A DNA stretch of 64,000 bases from Pedobacter sp. (GTDB taxonomy: Bacteria; Desulfobacterota; Desulfuromonadia; Desulfuromonadales; Syntrophotaleaceae). The position numbers and the translations under genes were made by a program. The stretch spans positions 1,416,679-1,480,678 of the forward strand of contig JBFWJC010000001.1 in the NCBI GenBank assembly GCA_050253415.1. Reading direction: 5' to 3'. Below are positions 52,570 to 62,149 of this stretch, one piece after another; the first letter of the stretch is position 1; each line of letters begins with the position of its first letter. Below the pieces are notes generated by a model. It was not told the origin of the DNA, made no database searches, and saw nothing but the letters and a program-made list of their open reading frames with translations.

Positions 52570-52646
52570 AAGAACTTGTCGACTCCCTGTACGTTTTTCT
52601 TTACTTTTTAATAACCGTTTTTTTGATAAAAATCAGACGAAAAACC

Positions 52647-52674
52647 TAAAGATCATCGTTTGTTGTGTCGATAT
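52647..52674 (+). promoter_or_regulatory. Putative sigma28 (FliA) promoter of the diguanylate cyclase
   Basis: TAAA-N16-GTCGATAT, compared with consensus TAAA-N15-GCCGATAA. Confidence 0.45.
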
Positions 52675-52712
52675 TAAAATCAACAGGCTGATTATCTGAT
52701 GGGAGAGTATTT

Positions 52713-53684
52713 ATGGCATACACAGCACTGATATTGGGTGATTCCGCGGGGACTCGCGAGGGCGTGGCCGATTGCCTGGATAATACCGGTCTCGTGCATC
52801 GCAAACTTTATTGCAAGGACGCCCGCCGGGCTATTCGCTGGCTCAGCGAATACGATATCGATATCGTGTGTTGTGATTGGTGTTGGGACGCCCACGAAGA
52901 AATCAGCGATCTGATGGGCGTATTGCGCCGCCGTCCCGAATGGCATGATCTTCCGGTACTCCTGTTTACCTCCGGAGACGATCGTCAGCTTTGGTTGACC
53001 GGTATGGAGTTGGGGGTAAGCGAATGTTTGTCCCTGGCGTTGCCGATGGAAGAACACCGCGTCAAGATTCGTTGGCATCTGAACAACCGCGAACGTATTC
53101 AGTCCTTGCATCAGGCCCAGAGCCAATTGGCGCGCATCGCTCTTTCCGATGGGCTCACGGGACTTTTCAATCGGGCCTATTTCGATGCAACCATCAGTCA
53201 GGAACTGGCACGTTGCGCCCGCCGTGGATTACCCCTGACGTTGCTTATGGTCGACCTGGACCACTTCAAAAAAATCAACGATACCTACGGTCATCTGGCA
53301 GGAGATAAAGCCCTTGAAGCCGTGGGCCAGGTGCTGAGCGCCATGAGTCGGACCAGTGATACCGTGTGTCGCTTTGGTGGGGAGGAATTCGCTATCATCC
53401 TGCCCGAGACTACCAATGCCAATGCGGTGATCGTGGCGGAGCGTATTCGTAAGAAAATTGCGCAGCTTGATTTAGGGTTTACCCTGACCGCCAGTATTGG
53501 TGTCGGTTCCGCCAAAGTGACAAAGTCTCTGCTGCCGGAGCATATTATCGCCGAAGCGGATGGCGCTCTTTACGAGGCCAAGCGCAAAGGTCGTAATCGG
53601 GTTGAAACCGTTGTGATGAATACCGGCGTGGTTTCCGACCTGAGATTGTTTAAGAAATTTAAAGTGGCCATGGCAACAGCCTGA
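52713..53684 (+). CDS. Receiver-like domain + diguanylate cyclase (GGEEF)
   Basis: DGLTGLFNR, DLDHFKKINDTYGH..GD, RTSD I-site, RFGGEEF, ALYEAK..GRN. Confidence 0.9.
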   Translation: MAYTALILGDSAGTREGVADCLDNTGLVHRKLYCKDARRAIRWLSEYDIDIVCCDWCWDAHEEISDLMGVLRRRPEWHDLPVLLFTSGDDRQLWLTGMELGVSECLSLALPMEEHRVKIRWHLNNRERIQSLHQAQSQLARIALSDGLTGLFNRAYFDATISQELARCARRGLPLTLLMVDLDHFKKINDTYGHLAGDKALEAVGQVLSAMSRTSDTVCRFGGEEFAIILPETTNANAVIVAERIRKKIAQLDLGFTLTASIGVGSAKVTKSLLPEHIIAEADGALYEAKRKGRNRVETVVMNTGVVSDLRLFKKFKVAMATA

Positions 53685-53705
53685 AGGTCATTACGTGATG
53701 TGAAC

Positions 53706-54395
53706 TCACCAGTTGCCGAGCATCAGGGCCATGAGACGTGTTTTGGCCTGCATGCTTCGGAAGTGTTCGGCCAGGATAAATAAAGAAAATTTCTCACTGT
53801 CTTCGGGCATGATGTGAACGATTTTGAGGGCCGTTTTACGGCCCTTTTTTGTTGTTTTTCCAGCGCTCAGAATGTGCGCCTTGCATTGCAGACTTTCGAG
53901 TGTGGTTCCAGGAAGAATCAGATGCAAGTTCAGTAATTCCCCCGGAGAAAAGTCGTCTTCCGTTGTAAAGCTAAGGCCCTGGCTGCTGAGACTTACATGG
54001 GTCCGTACCGGCTGTGGCCGGTCGGCTTGCGTTATCTCACCTTTCCAGTAGGCCATGTAAATGTCGGTATCGACGCGCAGGTTTTGCCGCTGATGATTGT
54101 GGGTTTCGTGACTTTCAATGCGAAGTCGGATGTGGCGGGGATGTTCCAGCTTTTCAGGGTACGCGGTGATGTTAAAAAAATGCAGCCCCTGATCGCAAAG
54201 CAGATGCCAGGTACCGCGCGTGTCAAGACCAGGTATCGGCCAATTGGATGGGAAAATCTGTACCTCAAGGTGCGACGGCCCATTCATTCTGGCGACCCCG
54301 TCGCAATGAACCGCTTCGTTCTGCAGGGTAGGAACGTTGATCTCGACCATATGCCATTGGTGAAAAACATTCAACAAGTCGTCGGTCGGTGTCAT
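53706..54395 (-). CDS. PilZ domain protein
   Basis: QRQNLRVD (RxxxR) and SLSSQG (variant of D/NxSxxG). Confidence 0.7.
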   Translation of the reverse strand: MTPTDDLLNVFHQWHMVEINVPTLQNEAVHCDGVARMNGPSHLEVQIFPSNWPIPGLDTRGTWHLLCDQGLHFFNITAYPEKLEHPRHIRLRIESHETHNHQRQNLRVDTDIYMAYWKGEITQADRPQPVRTHVSLSSQGLSFTTEDDFSPGELLNLHLILPGTTLESLQCKAHILSAGKTTKKGRKTALKIVHIMPEDSEKFSLFILAEHFRSMQAKTRLMALMLGNW

Positions 54396-54420
54396 GATAT
54401 TGACTTTTCGCTCAGTGTAG

Positions 54421-55176
54421 TTAGAAAAGATCCCGGGTTCGAACCTTGGTGCGCAGAATCTCACGTTCTTTGGCCAGGCAGAAAGCGACGATTTTATCGC
54501 GCTCCTGATTTTCGATTTCGGCAAAGTGCAGGGCTACCGCCAGGTCTCCGTTGGGCAAGTTGCAAAAGCGGATCACCTGTGCCAGGCATTCGACGGTTTC
54601 GAATGTTTTACCGTCCAGCCATAGTACCAGGGCAACCAGGTCGCCGATATCCAGATTACCTGGAACGGGAAGTCGAATACCGCTGGCGCTGAGATTAACT
54701 TTGGTATGCAGGGAGTGGGGTTGGCTGGGATGGTTCGATCCGAGACAGAAATAATCGAGTTTAATTCTGGCATCTATGCGGAAGAATTCGCGCTCCTGCA
54801 GGGCGATAGCCGGAGGTTTTGGCTTCACCAGCAGATCCGATGGTCCGAGAATGCTTTGGATGCGGGTAAGCAGTCGATATTCCCTTCCCTGGAGAGAGAA
54901 AAAAATCTGACATACTTCCTGGGGATTTATAACATCGCTGAAATCGCGGTCGTAGGGCAGGGCAATGCCCAGCTCGCCTTTGGGGGTGCTGTGGACGGAG
55001 CCCTCTACGGAGATAGACCTTTGCCCGTAAACGGGTAGCAATATCTTTGCATCCCGACCATCCTCAAAATGGTCAAGTATCGTATTAAGCATTTCAGTCA
55101 AAAGTACCTTGCTGGCAAAAGCAGAAGTCTGCTTCTGTGCCACGATATCTGGGGTGCAGCTAGCCATATTTGCCAT
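54421..55176 (-). CDS. PilZ domain protein (YcgR-like)
   Basis: EREFFRID and NLSASG motifs; C-terminal F.EI...RDKI. Confidence 0.82.
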   Translation of the reverse strand: MANMASCTPDIVAQKQTSAFASKVLLTEMLNTILDHFEDGRDAKILLPVYGQRSISVEGSVHSTPKGELGIALPYDRDFSDVINPQEVCQIFFSLQGREYRLLTRIQSILGPSDLLVKPKPPAIALQEREFFRIDARIKLDYFCLGSNHPSQPHSLHTKVNLSASGIRLPVPGNLDIGDLVALVLWLDGKTFETVECLAQVIRFCNLPNGDLAVALHFAEIENQERDKIVAFCLAKEREILRTKVRTRDLF

Positions 55177-55178
55177 TG

Positions 55179-55583
55179 TCAGCAACTTCCGAAGGTGGAA
55201 TGCCCGGCACCCTGGTTCGAAGATCGATAGCCCCCCATGGCCTTACGGCCTTTTCGGAGACGTCCAAGCTCGTCTGCTGTTAAAACTTGCAAGGTCCGAG
55301 CCTGCTGCCGCAGTTTTTCACACTGATGCTGTATCTGCGACATAACATGTCGCTTCTTTTCCATTTCGGCGATGAATTCTGCCGTCGGCTGTTCATCTTG
55401 CATGAGCGTGCCAAGTTGCCGGTCTGTGTCCTGCGCTGCAGCATTCAAAGCTCGCCACTGCTCTTGTACCTTTACAAGGTCTGCCGTCTGCCCCTCTTGC
55501 AGCAATGCCGCCATTTCAGAAAGTTTTTCCTGAATGGCATAGTATTGTTGCGTCGACTTTTCTACGAGTTTTAGCATGGTCAT
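55179..55583 (-). CDS. FlgN/FliT-like flagellar chaperone
   Basis: 134 aa coiled coil ending L.RLRKGRKAM.GY; downstream of fliS. Confidence 0.6.
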   Translation of the reverse strand: MTMLKLVEKSTQQYYAIQEKLSEMAALLQEGQTADLVKVQEQWRALNAAAQDTDRQLGTLMQDEQPTAEFIAEMEKKRHVMSQIQHQCEKLRQQARTLQVLTADELGRLRKGRKAMGGYRSSNQGAGHSTFGSC

Positions 55584-55626
55584 GTCAACCCTGTTATATA
55601 GAATGGACTCACGATAACGGTTTTTG

Positions 55627-56061
55627 TTACAAGCTGGCCTTAAGAGGCTGGTAATTGGAGTGGGCGGCGTTAGCGGCCGATTGAGACTCGTTACGGGCTA
55701 TGATGATGGCCTCTTTCCAGGTGTCTCGCAAATCGGATAGCATCGTATGTACAGCCCTGAGCTTTTGGCTGTCTTTTTTAATGTTGGCCTGAATCATTTC
55801 GCGGATCATATAATCGTAGAGGGAATCGAGATTGGCAGCGATTTCACCCCCGATATTATGATCCAGGGTGTTGCGGAATTCCATGACGATGGCCATGGCT
55901 TTGTTGATGCCATGGTTTTTCAGTTCGATATTGCCCTCGTCAATGCCTTGAATGGCCTGGGTGAGGAAACGAATCGCACCGTCATAAAGCATGATCATTA
56001 TCTGCTCAGGGGAAGCGCTGAAAATCTGGTTGTTTTTATATTGGTTCAGGTAGGCATTCAT
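55627..56061 (-). CDS. fliS: Flagellin export chaperone FliS
   Basis: ASPEQ...MLYDGAIRFL, GGEIAANL.SLYDY, LRDTW. Confidence 0.95.
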   Translation of the reverse strand: MNAYLNQYKNNQIFSASPEQIMIMLYDGAIRFLTQAIQGIDEGNIELKNHGINKAMAIVMEFRNTLDHNIGGEIAANLDSLYDYMIREMIQANIKKDSQKLRAVHTMLSDLRDTWKEAIIIARNESQSAANAAHSNYQPLKASL

Positions 56062-56088
56062 GGTTTATTCCTTCCGCAGCTTCCAGCT

Positions 56089-57417
56089 CTAAGAATTAAA
56101 AAGGCTCAGCTGCTGAGTCAGATAAGAGCCGGTGCTGTTGAGGTTGCTGATCAACAGCTCCATAGCATCGAACTGGGCCCGCAAAAGAGCTTCCCTCTTT
56201 TCCAAGCGTGCCTCCATTTTAACAATGTTGGCTGCGATGGTTTTTTGTGTCCGGTCCGTACTTGTTTGTCGTGTTGCCGCCAAGCCATCCGCGCGATCGG
56301 TGGTTGATTCCAGGTAGGATGTAAACATGGCAGCAATACCCTCGAACCCGTCGCCCCCCGCCAACAGCTTATCCATGTCGTTCATGTTGGTTGAAATAGC
56401 TTCTTCGAGCATCGTGTTGTCGATGGTCAGGGTACCGTCCTTTTGGGTTTTAAGGCCCAACTGGGAAAGGGTTGTCAAGTTCCCGCCGGTAGCTATTGGT
56501 GAGGTCAACATCTTCTGCAGGTTACGTTTTACGGACATCAAGCCACTGTCGCGACCCCAGTCGCTGTCACTCTGGTCGGAGATATTGGTGATGACCGCGT
56601 TGAAGGCCGTGACCATATCTTTGATTCTTGTTTTGACGGTGTTAACATCTTCGGAAACGCTCATGACCGTCGTGTCGCCCGCTGTGGGGTGAATCTTGTT
56701 AACGGATAAGCTTACGCCCGGAATGGCATCTTCAAAGACGTTGCTGCCGCTGGTAATGGTAATACCATCGACAACGATGGAAGCCAGCGACTGGGTCTGG
56801 GTTGTGCTGAAAGCCAAGGCGTCGTAAGCATTCGCCGTCGTACCACCGGTTACGGAGGCGGTAAAAGCATTGGATGCATCTTCTCCGGTCAATACCAGTC
56901 TGAACCCGGTGCCATCCTGGATAATGCTGGCGGCAACACCGGTGGCGTTGTCACCGGTGTTGGCTTCATTGATCTTATCTATCAGGCTGTCCAGCGAATC
57001 GTTATCGATGATGATATCGGTTGTTCCGATGGTCAACGTGCCTGATATGAAATTGGCTTCACTACGACTTTCGTAAGTGCCGTCGCTGACGTCTTTTTGT
57101 TGTTTGGCAAGGCTCTGGACTTCGATGTTGTAACTTCCGGGCAAGGCGCTGCCGGAGGCGGATACCGAAAAAAACTCCTCGCTGGCCGCCTTGGCGGAGT
57201 ATGCGCGGACTTCCTCGCTGGAGTCGATGTTCTCAAACTTTTCAAGCAGGGTTTTCAGCTTGGTGTCGAGGGTGTTAAACGCATCCTGCCGGCTGGAAAA
57301 ATATTCCTGATCCGATTCCAGCCTATTCAGGGGTTGTCTTTCGATTTCCATCAGGGCATCGACGATACTTTCTGTGTCGATGCCACTGGCAAGGCCTCCG
57401 AAGTTGATTGACGACAT
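56089..57417 (-). CDS. fliD: Flagellar filament cap FliD
   Basis: GLASGIDT..IVD.LM..ER.P, GSY.IEV..LA, C-terminal L..QF.AME..IS.LNS...YL. Confidence 0.95.
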   Translation of the reverse strand: MSSINFGGLASGIDTESIVDALMEIERQPLNRLESDQEYFSSRQDAFNTLDTKLKTLLEKFENIDSSEEVRAYSAKAASEEFFSVSASGSALPGSYNIEVQSLAKQQKDVSDGTYESRSEANFISGTLTIGTTDIIIDNDSLDSLIDKINEANTGDNATGVAASIIQDGTGFRLVLTGEDASNAFTASVTGGTTANAYDALAFSTTQTQSLASIVVDGITITSGSNVFEDAIPGVSLSVNKIHPTAGDTTVMSVSEDVNTVKTRIKDMVTAFNAVITNISDQSDSDWGRDSGLMSVKRNLQKMLTSPIATGGNLTTLSQLGLKTQKDGTLTIDNTMLEEAISTNMNDMDKLLAGGDGFEGIAAMFTSYLESTTDRADGLAATRQTSTDRTQKTIAANIVKMEARLEKREALLRAQFDAMELLISNLNSTGSYLTQQLSLFNS

Positions 57418-57434
57418 AGCCCGTTCCTTCTCTT

Positions 57435-57779
57435 TCAAGTCGTTGTGTCGAGCAGGGAGCCGCGAAGATTGGTCAGCTTTTCGGATATGCCAATCAATTC
57501 TTCCGGAGGAATCTGGCGGATGAGTTCACCGGAGTCTGCATCCACAAGGCTGATCACCAGCTGTTTGCTCTGCTCGTCGTTTTCAAACCGTACACTATAG
57601 ACACCGTCATCCGTCAGGGCTTTGATCTTGTTAAGCACCTCTTCCGGCGCGATGATCTTTTCCGAATCGGCAATTTCCGGTTCGGATTCGGCTTTGTTCC
57701 GGTTTCGCTCGATGTTTTCCGCAGGTGAGGAGACCGGAGACGGGGTGCTGCCGCCGACTGATGTCAATTCTACCTTCAT
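57435..57779 (-). CDS. flaG: FlaG family protein
   Basis: F..D......V...D..SGELIRQIPPEE; lies between fliC and fliD. Confidence 0.9.
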   Translation of the reverse strand: MKVELTSVGGSTPSPVSSPAENIERNRNKAESEPEIADSEKIIAPEEVLNKIKALTDDGVYSVRFENDEQSKQLVISLVDADSGELIRQIPPEELIGISEKLTNLRGSLLDTTT

Positions 57780-57814
57780 AGTATCCTCCCTTGACGGCGG
57801 TGGAGCCGTCGGGG

Positions 57815-57841
57815 AAAGGGGGCGGCAGGACCGCCCCCTTT
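57815..57841 (-). terminator. Hairpin/terminator after flagellin
   Basis: AAAGGGGGCGG-CAGGA-CCGCCCCCTTT. Confidence 0.65.
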
Positions 57842-57860
57842 ATGGTTATAACCCTGGCGA

Positions 57861-58703
57861 TTAGCCGAGCAGCGAGAGAGCCAGCTGCGGGGTCTGGTTG
57901 GACTGTGCCAGGATCGAAACACCTGCTTGCTGCAGGATGTTCATCTTGGTCATTTCCGAGGTCTCCGTGGCGATATCGGCATCGACAATTCGGGAACGCG
58001 CAGCGGAGAGGTTCTCCGAAACGTTGTTCAAGTTGGCGATGGTCGATTCGAAACGGTTCTGCTTGGCACCGAGAGTGCCGCGCAGGGAATCGACCTGGTT
58101 CAACGCGCCATCAATAGCTGAGATAGCCGTCGAGGCACCCGCTGCGGAGTCGATGGCGGCGCCATTAATGGTGGTACCTCCACCGCTAAGGGCAGTGGTG
58201 TCCATGTTGCCAATGGCAACAGAGATCTTCTCGCCGGCATTGGCGCCGACCTGGAACACTGCTGCATTGGAGCTGGCGTAGGTGCCGTCCAGCAGGTTCT
58301 GGCCGTTGAACTTGGTGGTATCGACGATGCGATCCAATTCGGAGGTCAATTCGCTGAATTCCGAGTTCAGAGCAGTGCGGTCGTCGGAGCTGTTGGTTCC
58401 ATTGGCGGACTGTACCGACAGTTCGCGCATGCGTTGCAGAATGTTGGTCATCTCGCCCAACGCCCCTTCCGCCGTCTGGGCGAAAGAAATAGCGTCGTTG
58501 GAGTTACGCACCGCCTGCCCCATACCTTTAATCTGGGAAGTCATGCGGTCAGAAATAGCCAGACCGGCGGCGTCATCTTTGGCGCTGTTGATACGCAAGC
58601 CCGAAGACAGGCGTTGCATGGAATTTGCGAGCGAAGATTGCGACTTCGACAAGTTCCGCTGTGCGTTCAATGATTGAACGTTAGTATTGATTGTTAATGC
58701 CAT
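57861..58703 (-). CDS. fliC: Flagellin (copy 1, 280 aa)
   Basis: [50 protein letters not shown]. Confidence 0.97.
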   Translation of the reverse strand: MALTINTNVQSLNAQRNLSKSQSSLANSMQRLSSGLRINSAKDDAAGLAISDRMTSQIKGMGQAVRNSNDAISFAQTAEGALGEMTNILQRMRELSVQSANGTNSSDDRTALNSEFSELTSELDRIVDTTKFNGQNLLDGTYASSNAAVFQVGANAGEKISVAIGNMDTTALSGGGTTINGAAIDSAAGASTAISAIDGALNQVDSLRGTLGAKQNRFESTIANLNNVSENLSAARSRIVDADIATETSEMTKMNILQQAGVSILAQSNQTPQLALSLLG

Positions 58704-58729
58704 GGTATTCCTCCATGAAAGGTGTTTTT

Positions 58730-58745
58730 CGGGCTTCCGTGCCCG
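58730..58745 (-). promoter_or_regulatory. Putative CsrA-binding hairpin in the flagellin leader
   Basis: CGGGC-ACGGAA-GCCCG, plus a second ATGGA overlapping the SD. Confidence 0.55.
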
Positions 58746-58987
58746 AGCCTTTTTTTCAACTCCTTACCGATAATGTGTTTAAAGTACTTTTGTCGGTTTC
58801 ACCCCCTTTCCATGGCGTTGAAGGGGGCTTCGATAAGTTTTTATCGATCCTTTGGGCTGTTGGCGAAAATGCGGCCCTTCGCCCAGCAGTGACCCGAGAT
58901 TATAAATATGTCTGTTAAGAAGTATGTTCTCCCGGGCCAGCCCCCCGAAACCGTTGTTTGCGGGTTAATGGTATCTGCCCTGTGAGT

Positions 58988-59015
58988 CGGTGTGGCTCAC
59001 AAAGGAGCCACACCG
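58988..59015 (-). other. Stem-loop after the upstream flagellin (no U-tract)
   Basis: CGGTGTGGCTC-N6-GAGCCACACCG. Confidence 0.5.
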
Positions 59016-59025
59016 TTACTCATCC

Positions 59026-59868
59026 TTACTGAAGTAGGGACAGGGCCAGCTGGGAGCTTTGGTTGGCCTGCGAGAGGATCGATACCCCGGCCTGTTGCAG
59101 GATGTTCATCTTGGTCATTTCCGAGGTTTCCGTAGCGATGTCGGCATCGACGATGCGTGAGCGCGCTGCGGAGAGATTCTCGGAAACGTTGTTCAGGTTG
59201 GCAATGGTCGATTCGAAACGGTTTTGCTTGGCACCGAGAGTACCGCGCAGGGAGTCGACCTGGTTCAACGCGCCGTCGATTGCCGTGATCGCCGTGGATG
59301 CGTCTGCGGCGGTAGTGACGTTAGCCGCATTGATAGTGGTGCCTCCACCGCTAAGAGCGTTGGTATCCACGTTGCCAATGGCCACGGAGATCTTCTCGCC
59401 GGCATTGGCGCCGACCTGGAATACGGCGGCATTGGAGCTGGTGTAGGTGCCGTCCAGCAGGTTCTGGCCGTTGAACTTGGTGGTATCAACGATGCGGTCC
59501 AATTCCGCGGACAACTCGCTGAATTCCGAGTTCAGGGCAGTGCGGTCGTCGGTGCTGTTGGTGGAGTTGGCCGACTGTACCGACAGTTCGCGCATGCGCT
59601 GCAGGATATTGGTCATCTCGCCCAACGCGCCCTCCGCCGTCTGAGCGAAAGAAATGGCATCGTTGGCATTGCGCACCGCCTGATTCATACCCTTGATCTG
59701 GGAAGTCATGCGGTCGGAGATAGCCAGTCCGGCAGCGTCATCCTTGGCGCTGTTGATGCGCAGGCCTGAAGACAGGCGTTGCATCGATTTAGCCAGGTTC
59801 CCTTGAGATTTAGCAAGGCTGCGCTGGGTGTTGAGGGACTGTACGTTTGTGTTGATAGTGATAGCCAT
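59026..59868 (-). CDS. fliC: Flagellin (copy 2, 280 aa)
   Basis: Same conserved N- and C-terminal flagellin motifs; close paralog of copy 1. Confidence 0.97.
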   Translation of the reverse strand: MAITINTNVQSLNTQRSLAKSQGNLAKSMQRLSSGLRINSAKDDAAGLAISDRMTSQIKGMNQAVRNANDAISFAQTAEGALGEMTNILQRMRELSVQSANSTNSTDDRTALNSEFSELSAELDRIVDTTKFNGQNLLDGTYTSSNAAVFQVGANAGEKISVAIGNVDTNALSGGGTTINAANVTTAADASTAITAIDGALNQVDSLRGTLGAKQNRFESTIANLNNVSENLSAARSRIVDADIATETSEMTKMNILQQAGVSILSQANQSSQLALSLLQ

Positions 59869-59893
59869 GATTATTCCTCCGTGAAAGTTGAGT

Positions 59894-59911
59894 CAGGGCA
59901 TCCTTGCCCTG
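59894..59911 (-). promoter_or_regulatory. Putative CsrA-binding hairpin in the flagellin leader
   Basis: CAGGGCA-AGGA-TGCCCTG, plus ACGGA overlapping the SD. Confidence 0.6.
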
Positions 59912-60003
59912 CTTTGCATAAAGATATTTAGACCTTGTGGCTGACCAGATTGCTTCCTGCAACTTTTTGGTGAGTCTTCAAGTTTCCCCAGGGTTCAATA
60001 TAC

Positions 60004-60030
60004 TTATCGGTTGAGTTGGCCCAGAGTTTA
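60004..60030 (-). promoter_or_regulatory. sigma28 (FliA) promoter of flagellin
   Basis: TAAA-N15-ACCGATAA on the minus strand. Confidence 0.75.
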
Positions 60031-60184
60031 GATGTTTTTTTATTTTAAAAGTGTTTTTTATAATAAGCCGGAGGCTGACAGGTTTGATTTGGTCTCAGGA
60101 TACGGTCAGGGGGGGGAATAAAGACAGGTCTGTTACCAGGCAGGGGTGTGCAATATCGAATATAAAATACGTGATTTCAGTGTG

Positions 60185-62149
60185 TTACCTATTTGTTCCG
60201 ATAGTGAGCCGGATCAGTCGTTGGTTAAAGCAATGGCGATCTTTAACATGGCAGGCCGTGTCGTCCATTTCCATGGCAGATAACACCAATCGGTAGAGGT
60301 ACTGTTTTTCTACCGGGGCGTAGACAATATGGCCGGTGACCGCCGTGGCGGTTTTGTCTGCCGTGATGCACACCCGCTTATGGTTGTCTCCAAGCTCTAC
60401 CGTATCGGAGGTGATTCCCAAGGCGTTGTTGGACGACACCAGCGTCGAAACAGGCGTCAAGTGGTTGGCTGGTTCGCCATTGAGGGGGAACGTCTCCGCC
60501 AGATCTCCGCCGTTATGAGTACGGTAAATTAGCTGTTCGGTTCGAAACGCTTCGGGATTAAGGGTGATATGTCCCAGGCGCAAGGTTCCGATCGGGCAGG
60601 AGGGCCACTGAAACAGATAGCTGATTTCCATGCGGGCATCGCTGGCCATCATGCGTATGGATTTGGTAACCGGGCCAAGCGACGTTTGAATGTCGGCACT
60701 TATCAGCAGGTCATCGTTATGGACCGTCAACTCCGGTTTTACCGCCGTAAGGTCGGTAATTTTATGCTGGCCGGGCACTTCGAGGACGAAGTGACCCGTG
60801 TAGTAGTCCATGCCGTACTGGATATCGTCAAAATAGCCGTGAGGCAGCGTTTTGAGCAAGGGCAGGGGGGAAAGATTCTTGTCCCACCAGCCATCAATGG
60901 CCAGACCGCGACGCAGGTTAAGGCGCAGGCGCTGCTCGGGTGTTTCGATGTCGAGAAAAGGTCCCTCGTTTTTTATCTTGAACTTATCCGGTATCGTGCC
61001 GGAGGAGTGGGCATTGCATGACGCCGTGGGGGATATCATGCGTTGTTCCAATCGGGCAAGACGGGTTTGCATGGTTTGCCAACGCTTGGTGGTGATATGG
61101 GTACGATAATCACTGCTCCACAGATGACATAGCTCTTTCCAGTCTTGGTCGCTGCAATCAGAGTTGTCGGACATGGCTTTGTACAGGCGCCAGCAGGCGG
61201 TGTTGAGAGCCATATCATCCCGGCCGGTCAGTCCCCAACGGACCACGTTGTATTTGGCCTGTTTTTTTACCGGTATCGGTTGGGCCGCTGTTTCAAGGCG
61301 CAACCGATTGCCGGCCCCGGGAATTTCCATAAAGTCGAGAACCTGCCGGGGGCCGATCAGGGAAAATCGATGGTCGGCCTTGATGGCCTTATAGAGACGG
61401 GCAATGCGTATCCATTCGCTTTCTTTGCCGGGCTTTGCTTCGGTAAGGAAGCGACCGGGACGAAAGTCGAAAATTTCCGCGTCGTTGCCGTACAGGGAAA
61501 AAGTACGCGGATCACCGTTCTGGTGGGACAAAAGGAAATCGAGGTATTCCGGAAGTTCCATTTCTCCATGGGTATAGCGCTGGAACTTCTGAAACGGAAT
61601 CGATTTATTCCAGATCAATGGCAAGGCCGTGTCGTCGGGCCCCAGGGCAAGCTGGGGCAGGTAGCGCAAATCAGGGTCCCATTCGGGATGGTTGCTGCCC
61701 GGATTCTCCCATTCCATGATGATGGCGCGATATCCGGCCTGCTGGTAGATCGGTACCAATCCTGCCGCGTAGGCTTGTTCGTTGACCAGAGCCAAATCCG
61801 GACGAAAGCCCAAAATGTTGTCATAGACCTGCAGGCCGAGGCGTTGGTTGGCGTGATTGACCGCTGCGGGCACCAGCGGACCGATGATCTGCGCATAGCC
61901 GCTGCCGATAAACTCCGCCGGGCCATGTTGGCACAATGACCGCAACTCAGCTACCCATGCGGGATCAATGGACGCCACCGCTTCAAGGGTGTAGCCCGAA
62001 GCTTCGATGCCGACAGGCAGTTGCTGCTCAGCGATCAATCGCAGCAGCGGCCAGTAACACTGGCGAATGACCTCCGGGCGCTGATCCTCCTCTATGGAAG
62101 AAAACATCAGATTGAGGTGAAAAATGGAATAAAGGCTGAGCCGGTTCAT
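60185..62149 (-). CDS. GH57-like / polysaccharide deacetylase-fold protein
   Basis: FHLNL.FSSI, CYWPLL, IEASG.TLE, GSGYAQIIGPL, NEQAY, YGNDAEIFD resemble GH57-type motifs. Confidence 0.65.
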   Translation of the reverse strand: MNRLSLYSIFHLNLMFSSIEEDQRPEVIRQCYWPLLRLIAEQQLPVGIEASGYTLEAVASIDPAWVAELRSLCQHGPAEFIGSGYAQIIGPLVPAAVNHANQRLGLQVYDNILGFRPDLALVNEQAYAAGLVPIYQQAGYRAIIMEWENPGSNHPEWDPDLRYLPQLALGPDDTALPLIWNKSIPFQKFQRYTHGEMELPEYLDFLLSHQNGDPRTFSLYGNDAEIFDFRPGRFLTEAKPGKESEWIRIARLYKAIKADHRFSLIGPRQVLDFMEIPGAGNRLRLETAAQPIPVKKQAKYNVVRWGLTGRDDMALNTACWRLYKAMSDNSDCSDQDWKELCHLWSSDYRTHITTKRWQTMQTRLARLEQRMISPTASCNAHSSGTIPDKFKIKNEGPFLDIETPEQRLRLNLRRGLAIDGWWDKNLSPLPLLKTLPHGYFDDIQYGMDYYTGHFVLEVPGQHKITDLTAVKPELTVHNDDLLISADIQTSLGPVTKSIRMMASDARMEISYLFQWPSCPIGTLRLGHITLNPEAFRTEQLIYRTHNGGDLAETFPLNGEPANHLTPVSTLVSSNNALGITSDTVELGDNHKRVCITADKTATAVTGHIVYAPVEKQYLYRLVLSAMEMDDTACHVKDRHCFNQRLIRLTIGTNR

